Shown in pieces: positions 23,861-36,477 of a stretch of 59,630 nt of DNA (its first letter is position 1; each line of letters begins with the position of its first letter). Both the position numbers and the translations under genes were made by a program. The DNA is from Sporopachydermia quercuum (taxonomy: Eukaryota). The notes under the pieces were generated by a model, which saw nothing but the letters and a program-made list of their open reading frames with translations, did no database searches and had not been told where the DNA came from. The stretch is taken from contig BCGN01000005.1 in assembly GCA_001599295.1 (NCBI GenBank), positions 1,426,001 through 1,485,630 on the forward strand, read 5' to 3'.

Positions 23861-24436
23861 TAGGAAGTTTGCTTTGGAAGAGCTCAAAAAGCTTGATGTA
23901 AATCACGTGACTAACTGAAGTTTTATAAACCTTAAAGTTATTTCTGCAATCACATGATCTAGTACAAGATACTCCTTTTCTGTTGCTTAGAACCCAGCAT
24001 TCACTCCCTGCTTTGTTAAAATCTGAAGAATAACATGGCATCATAATCATTAATTCTATTGAACATTGAAATTAAATACAATCATTTATTTTATCTTATA
24101 GGACCCATAAAATAGGCTATCTCTGATTATATTAATCGTCACCTGACTTATTCTTGATTATTTTATTCTATGCTCTTCAAAAGAACATATCCACTATAAT
24201 AATATGATTATAAATGTACATTCTAATTAATAACATTGAGTTACTTTCGTCATTGGAACTCCTTATAAAATGCTATCTAGTTTGTTAAATCACCCAAATA
24301 ACTGTCATGTTTATTCAAACAGTCGAAAGAAAACAAGTTCCCCTAGCTAGATAATCTCTCCCAAATGCACGCTTCACCACCTTGAATTCATATCATCGGA
24401 ATTCTTACTATACCAAACCATAACATATCGTACTTC

Positions 24437-26205
24437 TCATTCAATATTCAAATGATTCAGCACCTGCAAACATTTAACCACCGCTAGAACATGCCATGGA
24501 ATCAACCCATTACTGCTATTACCATTAGACACAACACCGGTATGAGCACCGATCGCTGCCAGGTGTCGATAATGTTTCAGAACGCTTTTTAACGTTTCCT
24601 GTACTACAGAATTCGCTTGCGGACCAGCAGGCGATTGGTTATACATTCCTGTCTCATTGTCGCCGATATGCCCTTTATTGCTGTTCCATATCGACAATAC
24701 AGACACTTCCAAGCATTGGCATTCCTTCTGTTGAAACTGCTGACTGGTCAATCGGCTTACCTCCTCAATGTCTTCACTACTATTAGGGGACTCTAAAATA
24801 GACCTGATTAGATACCCTGNGATGATACTAATACTTCTATTAGACACACTGATAGGCCCTTTATGAGGATTGATTACCCCATAACAACAGTCTTTCAAAT
24901 CTACTATCTGCAAACTGGCCGGATCAGTCTCTTTCGTGCTTTTAGGTGAAGGGTTAGATAATATATCTGGAGACACTGAGGGCATTGATGATACAGATAG
25001 TATTGAGGGACCAGTACTATCCTTTTTAACAGAATTTGATACTCCTAGGTTATTATAATTGAAACTGGTACTGTTACCTCCGTTCAATTTATCATTTGAT
25101 ACTCCTAATACTAAGCTTGGTTTCACTTCAGTGTATAAAAAGGTGACTTGAATTTCCCTGATGTCCGAATGACTGTTGTTGAATCCACTAGTGATGATAT
25201 CTTGCCATAATGCCATTTCGTCTTCTTCAATGGGTTCGATTTTAGCGATAGCAATATGCCAGGCAATATGCTTAGCTAACGTTTTCATTATAGACATAGT
25301 GGTATCCCATACAGTACAACAGATATCTTCAAACACTCTTGATCTTGTTCTTCCGGCAGGCAAAGGATTGCCTGGGCCAGACCCCAAGCCAACTCCCGGT
25401 CCTGGACTTGAATTTACTCCTGGTGTAATTCCAGTGCCTCCAGTGCCAGCTCCAGCTCCTGCCCCAATTCCGATGTTATCTTCACCAAATTTCACCATGC
25501 TCAATGCTTCTGTTTTACATACTCGTCCTAGAGAATCACTCCATGCGAAAACAACCCATTTCTTATCACTACTAAGACCATATGATAAGTGCATGAAAGA
25601 TCCTTGCAATAACACCAATGGTGATACTTCTGGTGCCAATTCAAAGCGGACACCGCTTGGTATCTCTTTTGCTATTTTCATATATGGATACTTTCGGTCT
25701 ACTCCACAGGTCTTCACACATCTTTCAAGNCCGGGGTAATCGTCATGTGTGGCATTAATACGGTTGATATCACTGTTGATACTATAGTCGTTGCTAATAC
25801 CCAATGGGACTTTATCGTATAAACAACGGGCGAATTCAATCATTCTGCTTTGGCTAGGCATCATAATAGTGTTCAAGCTGGCAAAAAAACCAACTGGTAT
25901 CAATTGAAAGATAATTCTAGCGTCCTTGGTTGCCAATAATGTGTTAGAACGTTCTAAGGACTTGTAGCAGCTGTCAATACTCTTCGCAAGGTCCCATAAA
26001 TATGTTATACTGTTGAAAGGGCTTGAAACTAGTACTATTATACAGGGTGAAGTTTCAGATGAGGTGTTGGCAGTTTGACATAGTAGTTTTGTTACCTGTC
26101 TGAGGGTATGGTTGATAGAAGACATGACAGTATCTAAAGAGTCTGCATTGTTAGAGAACTGATAAGGCACCATACCGTCGGAGATGTCTATCAACGGTTC
26201 AGCAG

Positions 26206-26236
<31 letters not shown>

Positions 26237-29200
26237 CTGTTCGACTTGCTTTTTTGGCAGTTTCTGATTCCGCTTGGACTTAGAAACAGCGAATGCTTGC
26301 TGAGGGCCAATATTCCCTGCAGGAGCTCCAATACCGCCAAAAGCAGCTTTATTGATTGGTGATGCCACAGGGGTACCACTAGATATTCCATGCTCCCCAT
26401 TGGCACAGCTCTCAGTAGAAAATAGATCTGCTTTACCGAAATTACACAGTTGATAATGCGAAGTGAACCCTTCTAGGAAAGACCGGGTAGCTACTTCAAC
26501 CCCTGGCGAATCTGGATACAGCTGGATCAACCGAACATCCTTTGGACCATTCAATGGGCTGAATCCAAACAGTTTCCAAAGTTTAGTTGAATATATAGAC
26601 GTTTTTAATATTTGGTCAGATCTTTTGATGTTAATGCATGGCTCTGGTATGGGGAAAATGAACGGTGATACTGACGATTGGCTGTTCGTAGNTATACCTG
26701 ATACAAAGGATGGGGTGATAGAATTACCCACTGTTGTAGATGATGTTCCGGGACCTCTGTGAGTTGCTGTTCCTGTTGCTGTACCTGTACCTGGAGTGGG
26801 TGTGTTCGGTTTGAGATTATTACTTGCGTTTGCCAGTTCAAAGATCTCTGCTGTTTCATTAAAAGTATGAGGAGAGTTATTGGTTTGAATAAATGGTGAT
26901 GCCACTGTTTTGTTGTAAGCTGAAGTTCCGGGGTTTTTTAATCTGTCTGGTGTGCCTGTGGATCCCGTAGAAGGGGGATTTACAGTGCCTGAGTTCACAC
27001 CCGGTGTTAATACTGTACCGGCATCTTTAAACCTCAGAAACTCCTGTAATTCAAGCTGCAACGGAGCGGAAAACACTCTTTTCAGTGATTCAAACACTGT
27101 ATCGTCAGGTATTTCATATGGGAATCTATTTAGCATTGGTGTTAACGTGCTGAAGAGGTCGTTGTCCCATATCAGCTGTTTGATGAAGAAGTTGACTGTG
27201 GATTGTAGTTCGTAGCTCTCTTTGAATAGAGTTTGTTTTTGGATTAGATAATCTTGACATAAGTGCTGAGACGGTGAATTTGGATATAAAATTAGTTTGA
27301 TCCACATTGAGTTTTCCAGTAGTGAAGAGACTGTGGCTGAGGATGAGGCTGAGGTAGCAGTTGGGGCAAAGGCAGTTGGAGTGTTTGGAGTTGGAGTTGG
27401 TGGCTCAACTAAAATGCGATTGGTTCCCGCGCCACTTTTACCAGTTTCGGACTTAGCTTTCTTCCGTTCCCCTGGCTCGGCTTCCGTAGATAGTTTACGT
27501 TTATTCTGGCTCAGCTTCCCGTTATTGTTTCCGCTATTTGGATTGTAATCGTCGTCTTCTGATTCCGAGTCATAGTAGTCCGAATTCGACATAGAAGCAG
27601 CTGTTAACAATGGAAATGATGTAATTGAAACATTTCCTCTATTAGCAACGTTGCTTGTCCAAGGAAATGTTGATTTTGTTGCTATATTTGAACTATTGTC
27701 AGTACCGTTCCCAATAGTGCCAGTATTTGTACTAGTATTGCTAGCATTGGCACTGGTGTTGGAAAGGCTCAAATTGGTACTACCATCTTCAGTCATGCTC
27801 TTACTAGTACCAGTTCCGTGTCCCTTTCCGTCATCATTTGATTCATTTCCATGTGTGATCCGGACATAGAATTTACCTCCTTCGGCATATTTGGCGTCCA
27901 GGCCCTTTTCAATTGCCGGAATAAAAGTAATTGGTTCAAAAGATAAGTCTGAAGGTGATTTTGCCATATTGTTGTTGTTAATTGTTAGTTTATTGATAGG
28001 CAGTTGGTAAAGCATTGATGAGATATTGGTGGGGCCATCCGGAAGAGGAGACGGAGGATTAGTGTCCGCAATCAGAGCCTCCAAAGGAGGGACATGGTGC
28101 GATTCACGTGTCTGTTCAGTGGGCAGCTGTGGCTGAGAATTTCTCAACACGNAGTCAATGGAGTCACTGATTTCTTGTTTAGGCATAGGCAATGCGATTG
28201 AATTAGAGTTGACTGCTTCTGTCTCCTCTTTTGGCGAATTTTCTTCCTTAATTGGTAAGTGTAGGAAATTAGGTTCCGGCTTTTTTTCTTCTTTAGGTTC
28301 ATCGAAAAAGTTGAAATCGGCTTCTGTAACTTCATCTTCTACTTCTCCNAACAACTCTTCGTCTAAATTACCCCATTCGGGATTCATTTCGCTATCTTCG
28401 GCCATTGCTTCCGCTAGGTGACTGTTTTCGGTTGCAAGTGGGAGATTTTTATCTTTGGAAACAGTGCCTAATTGAAAATCAAGGTCTGCGGAGCGATTTT
28501 CTCTTTCGGTGCCGTCTGGGTCTTCAGATAGATGCTTATTATTACTATTAGCTATCATCTTTGCCGTATTCTCTGCCTCATTTTCCTCTTCTGCGGCTTC
28601 TGCTCCCCTTGTGGTAGCTTCAGCTACAAANAATTCTATTGTGTCCAACAAATCAGGCAGTTGGAACCATGATAATTCACCTTTCATTTCCGAGTTAGGC
28701 CCTGCTGCCCCACCGTACGGAACCTTAATATATATAAGCTCCAGAGGCCAAAGAATCAATCCTTGGGATAATCCTGTATTTGTATTCGGCCCCACTAGCC
28801 CAGTATGCCCCGCTTTGTTCTTTCCCGATTTAGAAGGCACAGAAACCGGAAACGGTGCGTCAGGAATAACTTTAACCCACTTACAGTTCAACGGAAGCTT
28901 CAATCCCGTCGCAAGTTCCAAAGTGAAGAAAAAGACGCGGGGATTCTTTGGTGGAGTAGCTAAAGCACTTTCTATGGTATCCCCCGCTAGTTTCGCTGTT
29001 ATTCCCGAAGGAGCCAGGAATAATTTATACTCCTGGGGTAAATTTGGTCCTGAGGGGTACCCCGCATGCCCCGCCGAGTACAAATTGTCGAATATATCAG
29101 GAGACGTGGCATCGAGAAAGGAAGGTGGTGATTGCGGGGTCAACGCGTCAACGCTATTCATTGGTTTTACTGCCGGTATAGACGGGTCGGAGTTACCGAA

Positions 29201-30578
29201 GGTGGAATTGAAGTCAGAATCAGACGGTACCAATTTGGGNATCATAAGCTCGCTTAGTTTGATATAATTGGAATTTGTCACTGCCATTGATAGTAATAAA
29301 TCTCCCGCTGAGTTTAGAACTGGATTTGCTAATAGAAGCTTATTGGCATTAGGTAGGAAGCATACACCAGAAAACGGCAAGTAGGCCGCCCTAATTGGTG
29401 AATTTAAACCTATATTATTGGCNTTATGACCATTACTTCCCAATCCAGTATGTTCCTTTCCTAACGAGGAGTGCTTAGACAAGTTGAAGTAAATTAGTGT
29501 TTTTAGTGCCTTCATTAGCGCGTAATAACTTACCGGTAAGCTCTGATCTTTCCTANTTGGGCCAATCCCATTCCCTGAAACGGAGGTTACGCCTCCGGGT
29601 ATATTTCCGGTATCTGATCCGCTTACATTGCCGTTTCCGGAACCATTATTTCCCGTTGTAGACCCTCCATTTATCCCATTTGTCATTATACTTGGTAATA
29701 GCACTCCCGAATGCGTTTCTTGCAACTTGAACTTACTATTCGGCTGTGGTGCAAGGATGCTTTCCCTTTGTGAGAATGTAAATGTCCATAGTTGGTTATT
29801 CAGACATGTGGCCAAAACTCGGTTATTTTCCAATCTGAGTAATAGTTCCGCTTCCATGAGAGTGTTTTTACCGTTTTCGGGTGAAATATTGATGAACACG
29901 CTGTACCGGATTTGGTTCAGATGGGCCTAAATTAGGAGATGAGGTTAGTGGGGCCAGTTCAGAATGAGGAGGAAAAGTGGAAAGAAAGAGAGGTAAGAGT
30001 AAGGTTTGATAGATGACGATGCATAGACAGCGTTCCTTTCCACGCTGATTCCCTATTGTTTCCGTAGGGTTCCGAAGCATCCCAAACAACCCAAGCACTA
30101 ATACTCTACCGATAGGCCGTTACCAATTAAGTATTTATAGAGCCTAATATCAATCTGTAGCTGTGGATTAGCAATTGAGACTAATATGCTAAGTGTTGGG
30201 CTACAACAAGCGAAAAACGCANTACAATTAGGAAGAAAAGGCGGAACTGATATCGGGAAGGCACATAAGAGAAGGCAAATAAGCCGAATACAGCTGTCAA
30301 ACGTCTTAATTTGATCAATTCATCTGATCTTCCTTCCGCTTGCAATACTTAACCCTGCTCCTTAGCCGACGGTGGAAGAAACAACGAAAATAACGCATTC
30401 GCTAATTGTACTATGTGATTTCAATATCAATCACAAAATACCATCAGTTTCATCTTCTCCTTCTTGTATCTTTTCTTTTATTTCCTCTCTTTACTTATCT
30501 TGCAAACAAATCGAATATCCAAGAAATACTTACCAATTTATAGACATTCGTGCATAAATTTTCAACATTAAGACTCAT
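24437..30578 (-). CDS. SSN2: Mediator kinase-module subunit Med13, 2 coding exons, about 1844 aa
   Basis: Exon 1 30578-30534 (MSLNVENLCTNVYKL); 607-nt intron 30533-29927 (GTAAGT..CACTAAC..TAG); exon 2 29926-24437. Motifs EVTEADFNFFD, DAKYAEGGKF, W..FGFSPLNGPKD, HLSY..S.DKKW..FAWSD and LIPWH. Confidence 0.93.
26207..26239 (-). repeat. CAG/CAA tract encoding Q11 within Med13
   Basis: Read directly from the sequence. Confidence 0.9.
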
Positions 30579-30797
30579 TGCTGGATAAAATGAGATGTGA
30601 TTTATGCTTCAAAGCTTCATACTCTGTGAGAGATTCGGAAGAACGAATGGTGCAGGAAAATGAGGTAAATGGTTATGTAAATGGTGATTTGAATGTTCTT
30701 GTAGTGCTTAAATATGAGTAAATTGATTGAAGACTTAGCCGATTTTATGTTGAAATTTAGATATTTTAATCCTTATAGTAGTGAATAGTTCTGTTTA

Positions 30798-31001
30798 CTG
30801 TCATTGTTAGTAATAGTAATAGTAATAGTAATAGTAATAGTAATAATCAATGAACCATTGAACCGCAATAACTGCTAGGCTTGCTAGTCGTAATCATAAT
30901 GTAGCATATCATCACAACGGTAATAGTAGAAGCATATCTAGTAATACCAACAGGATCAACAAACCACAATAATAAAGTGAAATAACAACAATTATACATA
31001 C
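30798..31001 (-). other. Putative 5'-UTR intron of SSN2/MED13 (204 nt)
   Basis: AG|GTATGT donor at 31001, TACTAAC at 30812-30806, CAG ending at 30798; same strand as, and 220 nt upstream of, the MED13 ATG. Confidence 0.6.
30808..30843. repeat. (TAGTAA)6 hexanucleotide microsatellite
   Basis: Read directly from the sequence. Confidence 0.9.
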
Positions 31002-32168
31002 CTAGAGATAGCTATTCAGTATCAGCAACTACAATCAATCACAGTATATCGACTTTAATGTCTGATCGTTCTGTAGTGTCTGTTCTTCCGATCAAACATA
31101 TCACTAAATTAGCGAGCAACCAACAACCAAATTAACTGATGATAATGCAGTTATTGTTGACAATATTTCATATTTTTTGTTCTATTTATTTGTTGCTGTT
31201 ACCAATGAAAATCTTTTAGTTTTAAGAGCCGTTCCGTTGTTGATACTGTTACAATTGATTGATGTACTAGTGATGCACTGATTGATAGAACGCAGCAAAT
31301 CAGGATCAATAGTACTGTCAACAATAAAGGAAATAAGTAGTAATAATATCAATATCAGTACTATTATGATTATTATTATTCAAATCGTTATTATATATAT
31401 AGTGAGAGCTAGGATCAGAAGTCTGTGTGGAGAGAAGAGAAGGAGAATATAAGGATTGAGTTCTCTATTGTAGTAGCACAAAGGCAATGTCTCAAAAGAG
31501 GGTATTCTGTTGCCNTAAAATACTATACATGAATGAATGAATATATGGGTACTTTGATTGTGGAAGTTGATTGATGTTTTTGTACGTGATTTTGAATGAA
31601 TTACAAGAATAACAAAAGAGTATTTGTATGAGCATTGAATTGACATCGTACAAATATCATGACTGTGTAGTACAGAGAAGGTAACTATTTCTAGGCGGCA
31701 GATACAATCAAGGCTAAGACGACTAGTGTTACTTGCTATCGTTGTAGAATAGAACCTGTGAATACTCTACCCTGTTATAGCATGAACTAAAGAATTAATG
31801 AACAGCTGAGCTCATGAAAATAATCAACTAATTGCTGATAGTGAAAGGACAGTCCGTTGGGATTATATCGACTAGAAACTACTTGACGAACTAGCNGCAG
31901 ACGACATAAAAGCAACAACATTTCATATAACTCCAGGTAGGTCAATTGCTGCATACAGAGTGATTTCTTGGATGATTACTACTATTGTACTATTCAGAGT
32001 GAATAACATCTACTGAAGATTGTTTTGTTTCTTGGCTATAAACCATTAAGGATCTCATTACGTGCTCTGTATTGACAGCAAGCAAGTAAACAGTTCATCT
32101 GCAAACATAGGGTCAAAAGTACAACATTCAACCAATACNTATTTATTCATCCTCATACATCATACATC

Positions 32169-34628
32169 ATGCCTGAGAACAATTTACTGTTCAGAGATCG
32201 ACAATCCCTATTGTTTGGCGAAACGAGTCGTTATGAATTCACAATCAGTTCGTTTGAATTTGCTGACGATGCGCCGGTACCAGCATCCATATGGATTAAA
32301 GTGAAAAACGTCGAGAACGTTCTTCTGCGCAGTGTGTATGCTGTTGGACCCTATTCTCTGTATGTCAGTATCACACCTGAAGGCTATGAAGAACATAGGT
32401 TAGTAGAAAATCCTTGTGAAAGGCCTGTATTTAAGAACGATATAAAGGCAAACAATGCTATTTATCACGAGTTGAAGATACCTTTTGCAAATCATGAGAA
32501 TGTGATTTCAAATGGCGACACCAACAGTACTGATATCGATACTAATACTGATACCAATACTGATACTACCACTAATGCCAATACTAATACTAAAACTGAT
32601 AGCACGAACACGCCTGCAAAACCTATGAAAACACCCCAAACATTTTCTTGGTCTATCGACATAACTTCTAATGTCGTCATAGGTCCTGGGGCCAAAGTTG
32701 CTTACGACATATCAATAGCTCTATGTAAACCAACTCTCAAACATCTTGGTAAAGTCCATTCTCTGTCAAAGCTATTCAAACTTCCTTTCGTCAATCAGAA
32801 CAACATTATATCCTATACGCGGTTAACATCTCAAGAGTTATGGAATTTTCCCCCTGTTGAGCCTTCCGAACCTGTGCATCTAATAGTGCTTACTCATGGT
32901 ATTTATTCAAATCTATACTCTGACCAGCTGTACTTGAAAGATCGATTAGAAGAGAATGCACGGAGGAACCATCAAAATGTTATTGTCAGAGGCTACGCGA
33001 AAAACGCCGGTGAGACTGAGCGTGGTATTAAATATCTAGGAACAAATGTAGGCCGCTGGCTATATAAGCTGCTTGAGGAAAGGGAATATGACATCCAGGA
33101 GATTTCATTTATTGGTCATTCATTAGGAGGGTTGGTTCAATGCTATGCTATCAATGAGCTGCTGCATAAAGACCCAAAGGTGTTCTCACGGATTAAACCA
33201 AAACGGTTTATAACTCTGGCAAGCCCTTTGCTGGGTATTTCTAACGAGAACCCAGCATATGTCAACCTGGCCTTGAATTTTGGAGTTATGGGTAAATCAG
33301 GGGCAGATCTGGCCTTGGCGGGTAATATCCCAGCTCTGAGCGTTCCTGATGGCGAGAAAACAATTAAAATCAACTCATCCATAGTGGAATGGCTGCCCAA
33401 TAGTAAATTGCATGAAGTGTTGAAGCTGTTTGATAGTAGAACCTGTTATGCCAATATAATCAATGATGGAATAGTACCATTGAGAACGTCAGCATTGCTA
33501 TATCTCGATTGGAGACAGATTAGCAAAGTGTTGGAGATTCAGAAGCAGAATATGCTAGCACCAAGAAAATCGGGTAGCAATGATGGTTCTATTGGAAGTG
33601 GCCCTGGAAGCTCTGGTAGTATTCAGACAAAACAAGGACTAGCAGAAGCACCATTAGAACCAGAACCAGCTAAGGGAAACGAAAACAGTACTACTATTTT
33701 CTCGCTGTCGAATCTCTTTTATCCTTTCCAAAGGCTATCTAAACCAAAGGGCAATGCGGGTGGAAGAATAAAAGGTAGGAAGCATCGTATCAAGAAAATC
33801 TACAGACGAAGCCAAATAAAAGCACATGCGGTTGCCAGCGGAGTTCGGAAAGGCATGTTGCACGAAGAGAGGAAAAGCGGACATGATTCAACTACCAGTC
33901 AGGAAGCCCAACCGAAATCAAAAGTAGGATGCCCTGAGCAAGACAAAGATGAAGATGAAGAGGAGGAGCTCTCATTAGATGATTCCNAGTCCCCAGAAAC
34001 ACTTTCAAAGGAGTTAGAGGATCAGGAAACGTACTCAATTCCTCCTAGAGCAAATGCTATTACTTCCGTGTCAAAAGTGCTTGTTTCTCCTGTTGCTTCA
34101 TTGGAATTCATATGGGATCCCACCAAAAGACCCAAAACTGTGCTTCACGACAGAGTGTATTATTCAAACGAGATCCCACCTCCAGTTCTAAGACGGAAAT
34201 CCAAGAGCTTTCTATCCTTTTCCAGCTCTTTCTCTAATACCTTGTCCAATACATTATCCAGCGGTAGCAATTCCAGTGTTAATGTTAATGGTAGTACTAA
34301 CCCTAATGTTATTAGTGATAATGTCGGAAACAGTACTCGAGCTGGAGACCAGGAAAACGGAAAAGCTAGTTCTGGCCTAACTAATAATGCTAGTAATGGA
34401 AAAGGAAAGACCGGAAACGATGGTGAAAATAGCAATAAAGAGGAAATGGTAGATACGTCTAAAACAGAAGAGAAACTAGCAAGACAGTGGCATAAGGATA
34501 TGACATGGAGGAAAGTGTTAGTTAGACTAGAACCAGATGCTCACAATAACATCACAGTTCGTAGAAGGTATACTAATGCCTACGGATGGTCTGTTATTGA
34601 TCATTTGATAGAAGCACATTTTTCTTGA
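32169..34628 (+). CDS. DUF676 putative lipase/serine esterase (ROG1/YDR444W family)
   Basis: Motifs HLIVLTHG, ISFIGHSLGGL (nucleophile elbow), FITLASPLLG, YANIINDGIVPLRTS and WRKVLVRLEPDAHNNI. Adjacent to SSN2, as YDR444W is. Confidence 0.9.
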   Translation: MPENNLLFRDRQSLLFGETSRYEFTISSFEFADDAPVPASIWIKVKNVENVLLRSVYAVGPYSLYVSITPEGYEEHRLVENPCERPVFKNDIKANNAIYHELKIPFANHENVISNGDTNSTDIDTNTDTNTDTTTNANTNTKTDSTNTPAKPMKTPQTFSWSIDITSNVVIGPGAKVAYDISIALCKPTLKHLGKVHSLSKLFKLPFVNQNNIISYTRLTSQELWNFPPVEPSEPVHLIVLTHGIYSNLYSDQLYLKDRLEENARRNHQNVIVRGYAKNAGETERGIKYLGTNVGRWLYKLLEEREYDIQEISFIGHSLGGLVQCYAINELLHKDPKVFSRIKPKRFITLASPLLGISNENPAYVNLALNFGVMGKSGADLALAGNIPALSVPDGEKTIKINSSIVEWLPNSKLHEVLKLFDSRTCYANIINDGIVPLRTSALLYLDWRQISKVLEIQKQNMLAPRKSGSNDGSIGSGPGSSGSIQTKQGLAEAPLEPEPAKGNENSTTIFSLSNLFYPFQRLSKPKGNAGGRIKGRKHRIKKIYRRSQIKAHAVASGVRKGMLHEERKSGHDSTTSQEAQPKSKVGCPEQDKDEDEEEELSLDDSXSPETLSKELEDQETYSIPPRANAITSVSKVLVSPVASLEFIWDPTKRPKTVLHDRVYYSNEIPPPVLRRKSKSFLSFSSSFSNTLSNTLSSGSNSSVNVNGSTNPNVISDNVGNSTRAGDQENGKASSGLTNNASNGKGKTGNDGENSNKEEMVDTSKTEEKLARQWHKDMTWRKVLVRLEPDAHNNITVRRRYTNAYGWSVIDHLIEAHFS

Positions 34629-35113
34629 TGATCGGTAGCTACTGCAACGTATAACCAACAGTTTAGTAATAGCAGCATGGTTTTATTGTGCCCTATTATT
34701 TGGTTGATAGAACCCTACAGAAATTATAAAANCATGCCCGGAATAGATAGAGAATACGAAAAAACTTCAACTGATAAAGCAATTGATAAAGCAAGTGTTG
34801 TTATCTGTGTCAAGGAATGATTACGTGATCTATTGAGTAGTTTGCTACAAGATCACGTAAGCTCTTTTTGTAACTCTTTAATGATTATGTAATCGCAATT
34901 ATCTCATACTTCTTTTCATCTTCTCCGTTATGAAATCAATTGATCAATGGAAATTAATTAATCATTTAAAACGAATAAACACAGCTTAGAAAAAGTACTT
35001 GTATTTATAACGAACGTCACTAGTTTTCCAGTATTTTAACTNTTATTACTCTTATTAAACGGNGTTCCCTGATCCAGTAGTTATTCATATCATAACAGCA
35101 ACAACAGTGAATC

Positions 35114-36477
35114 ATGTCAGTAACCGTAAGTATCATACATTTTTCAGTGTTATCAGCAGTTTTTCATGCTCTTATTCAAATAAACAGATAAAGAAGGCTC
35201 TATTTTGTTCAGATTACTATTGCTGCTGTTACTGATGTTGCTGTTTGTGTTGTTTTTGCTGCAAAGAACATAAAAACAAGATCATTAACTGCAGTCAGTG
35301 ACCGTTCATCCATACTTATCCAACTTTCTTTGCTTGCCATCTACAATTTCTTATTACTATAACTACGATACTAGCAACTATTACCTTTATTTTTTTATTT
35401 GATTATCTAGCTTCATACTGATATTGGTGACATAAAAATCGAGCTTTTCTGTGAATACTGTCCTAAGACATGCGAAGTAAGTATAATAAATACTGGAATA
35501 CTAGACTGGAATACTATGATCCTAGAAAAGACTATTACTAACTGGAAAGAATTTTCTTGGACATTGCGCCAAAGCAACGTATTCTGATACAAAAGTTGTG
35601 AGAAATATAAAAGGGTTCATGGTTCAAATGGGTGATCCTACAAATAAAGGCAAAGGTGGAGAAAGTATCTGGGGTGGATATATAGATGATGAGATAAGAC
35701 CTTCAATAAGGCATAGCAAAAGGGTAAGAAGCAGTTTATTCGTGCAATTGTTGATATTTGCTGATATTAAATGATATGAAGACAATATGAGCAAGAGAGA
35801 TGGCAGTTCAATGCACCGTTGTAGGGGAATGATCTAGGCCAAAGAAATAGCGTTCAATGGCTAACTACCAGGTGGCTTGATTAATTGAAGTTGAATATTA
35901 TGATGCCTTTTCTATTGGAGAAATGAGACGAGAGATGTATTGAGAATTAATATTACACTAGTCTGATGAGCTATTGGATGGTCGATACTAATTGGAATAC
36001 TGATGTCTATGAGCTTACCATTAGGACTATCTTCAGCTAATTGTCGAACTGACAAAGCAATAGATTTTGATCAACCAAATAGATACTTAATTTCGTACTA
36101 ACTTTCAATTTATAGGGAATTGTATCTATGGCAAATTCAGGCCCAAATACTAATGGCAGTCAATTCTTTATTGTAAGTAATAGTTCACTACTGTTTTTTT
36201 TTCTCACATAAAGTGTCAGTGGATATATCTACTAATACTGAAATTCTACTAGACATATGATAAACAAGTATCACTGGATGGAAAATATACAATAATTGGC
36301 AAGGTGATATGGGATGGAAATAGGGAATCAGAAATAGGTAAACCAGGAAATGAAGTATCGACGTTAGATAAATTAGAAGCTGTTGAGGTAGATAAGAAGT
36401 ATCGTCCTAAGGAAGCAATTTACATTAGAGACGTGACGATTCATTCTAATCCAATAGCTGAAAACAAGCGATCATAA
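35114..36477 (+). CDS. CYP10: Cyclophilin-type peptidyl-prolyl isomerase, PPIL3/Cyp10 type, 5 exons, 177 aa (absent from ORF track)
   Basis: Exons 35114-35125, 35411-35476, 35550-35723, 36116-36172 and 36253-36477, all phase 0 with GT..AG introns. Translation: MSVTLHTDIGDIKIELFC..PKTCENFL..RNIKGFMVQMGDPT..GGESIWG..GIVSMANSGPNTNGSQFFITY..VTIHSNPIA. Confidence 0.93.

Noticed and set aside
25176..29930. Numerous antisense ORFs (up to 252 aa) within MED13
   Set aside because: Expected opposite a long low-complexity CDS; no independent motifs.
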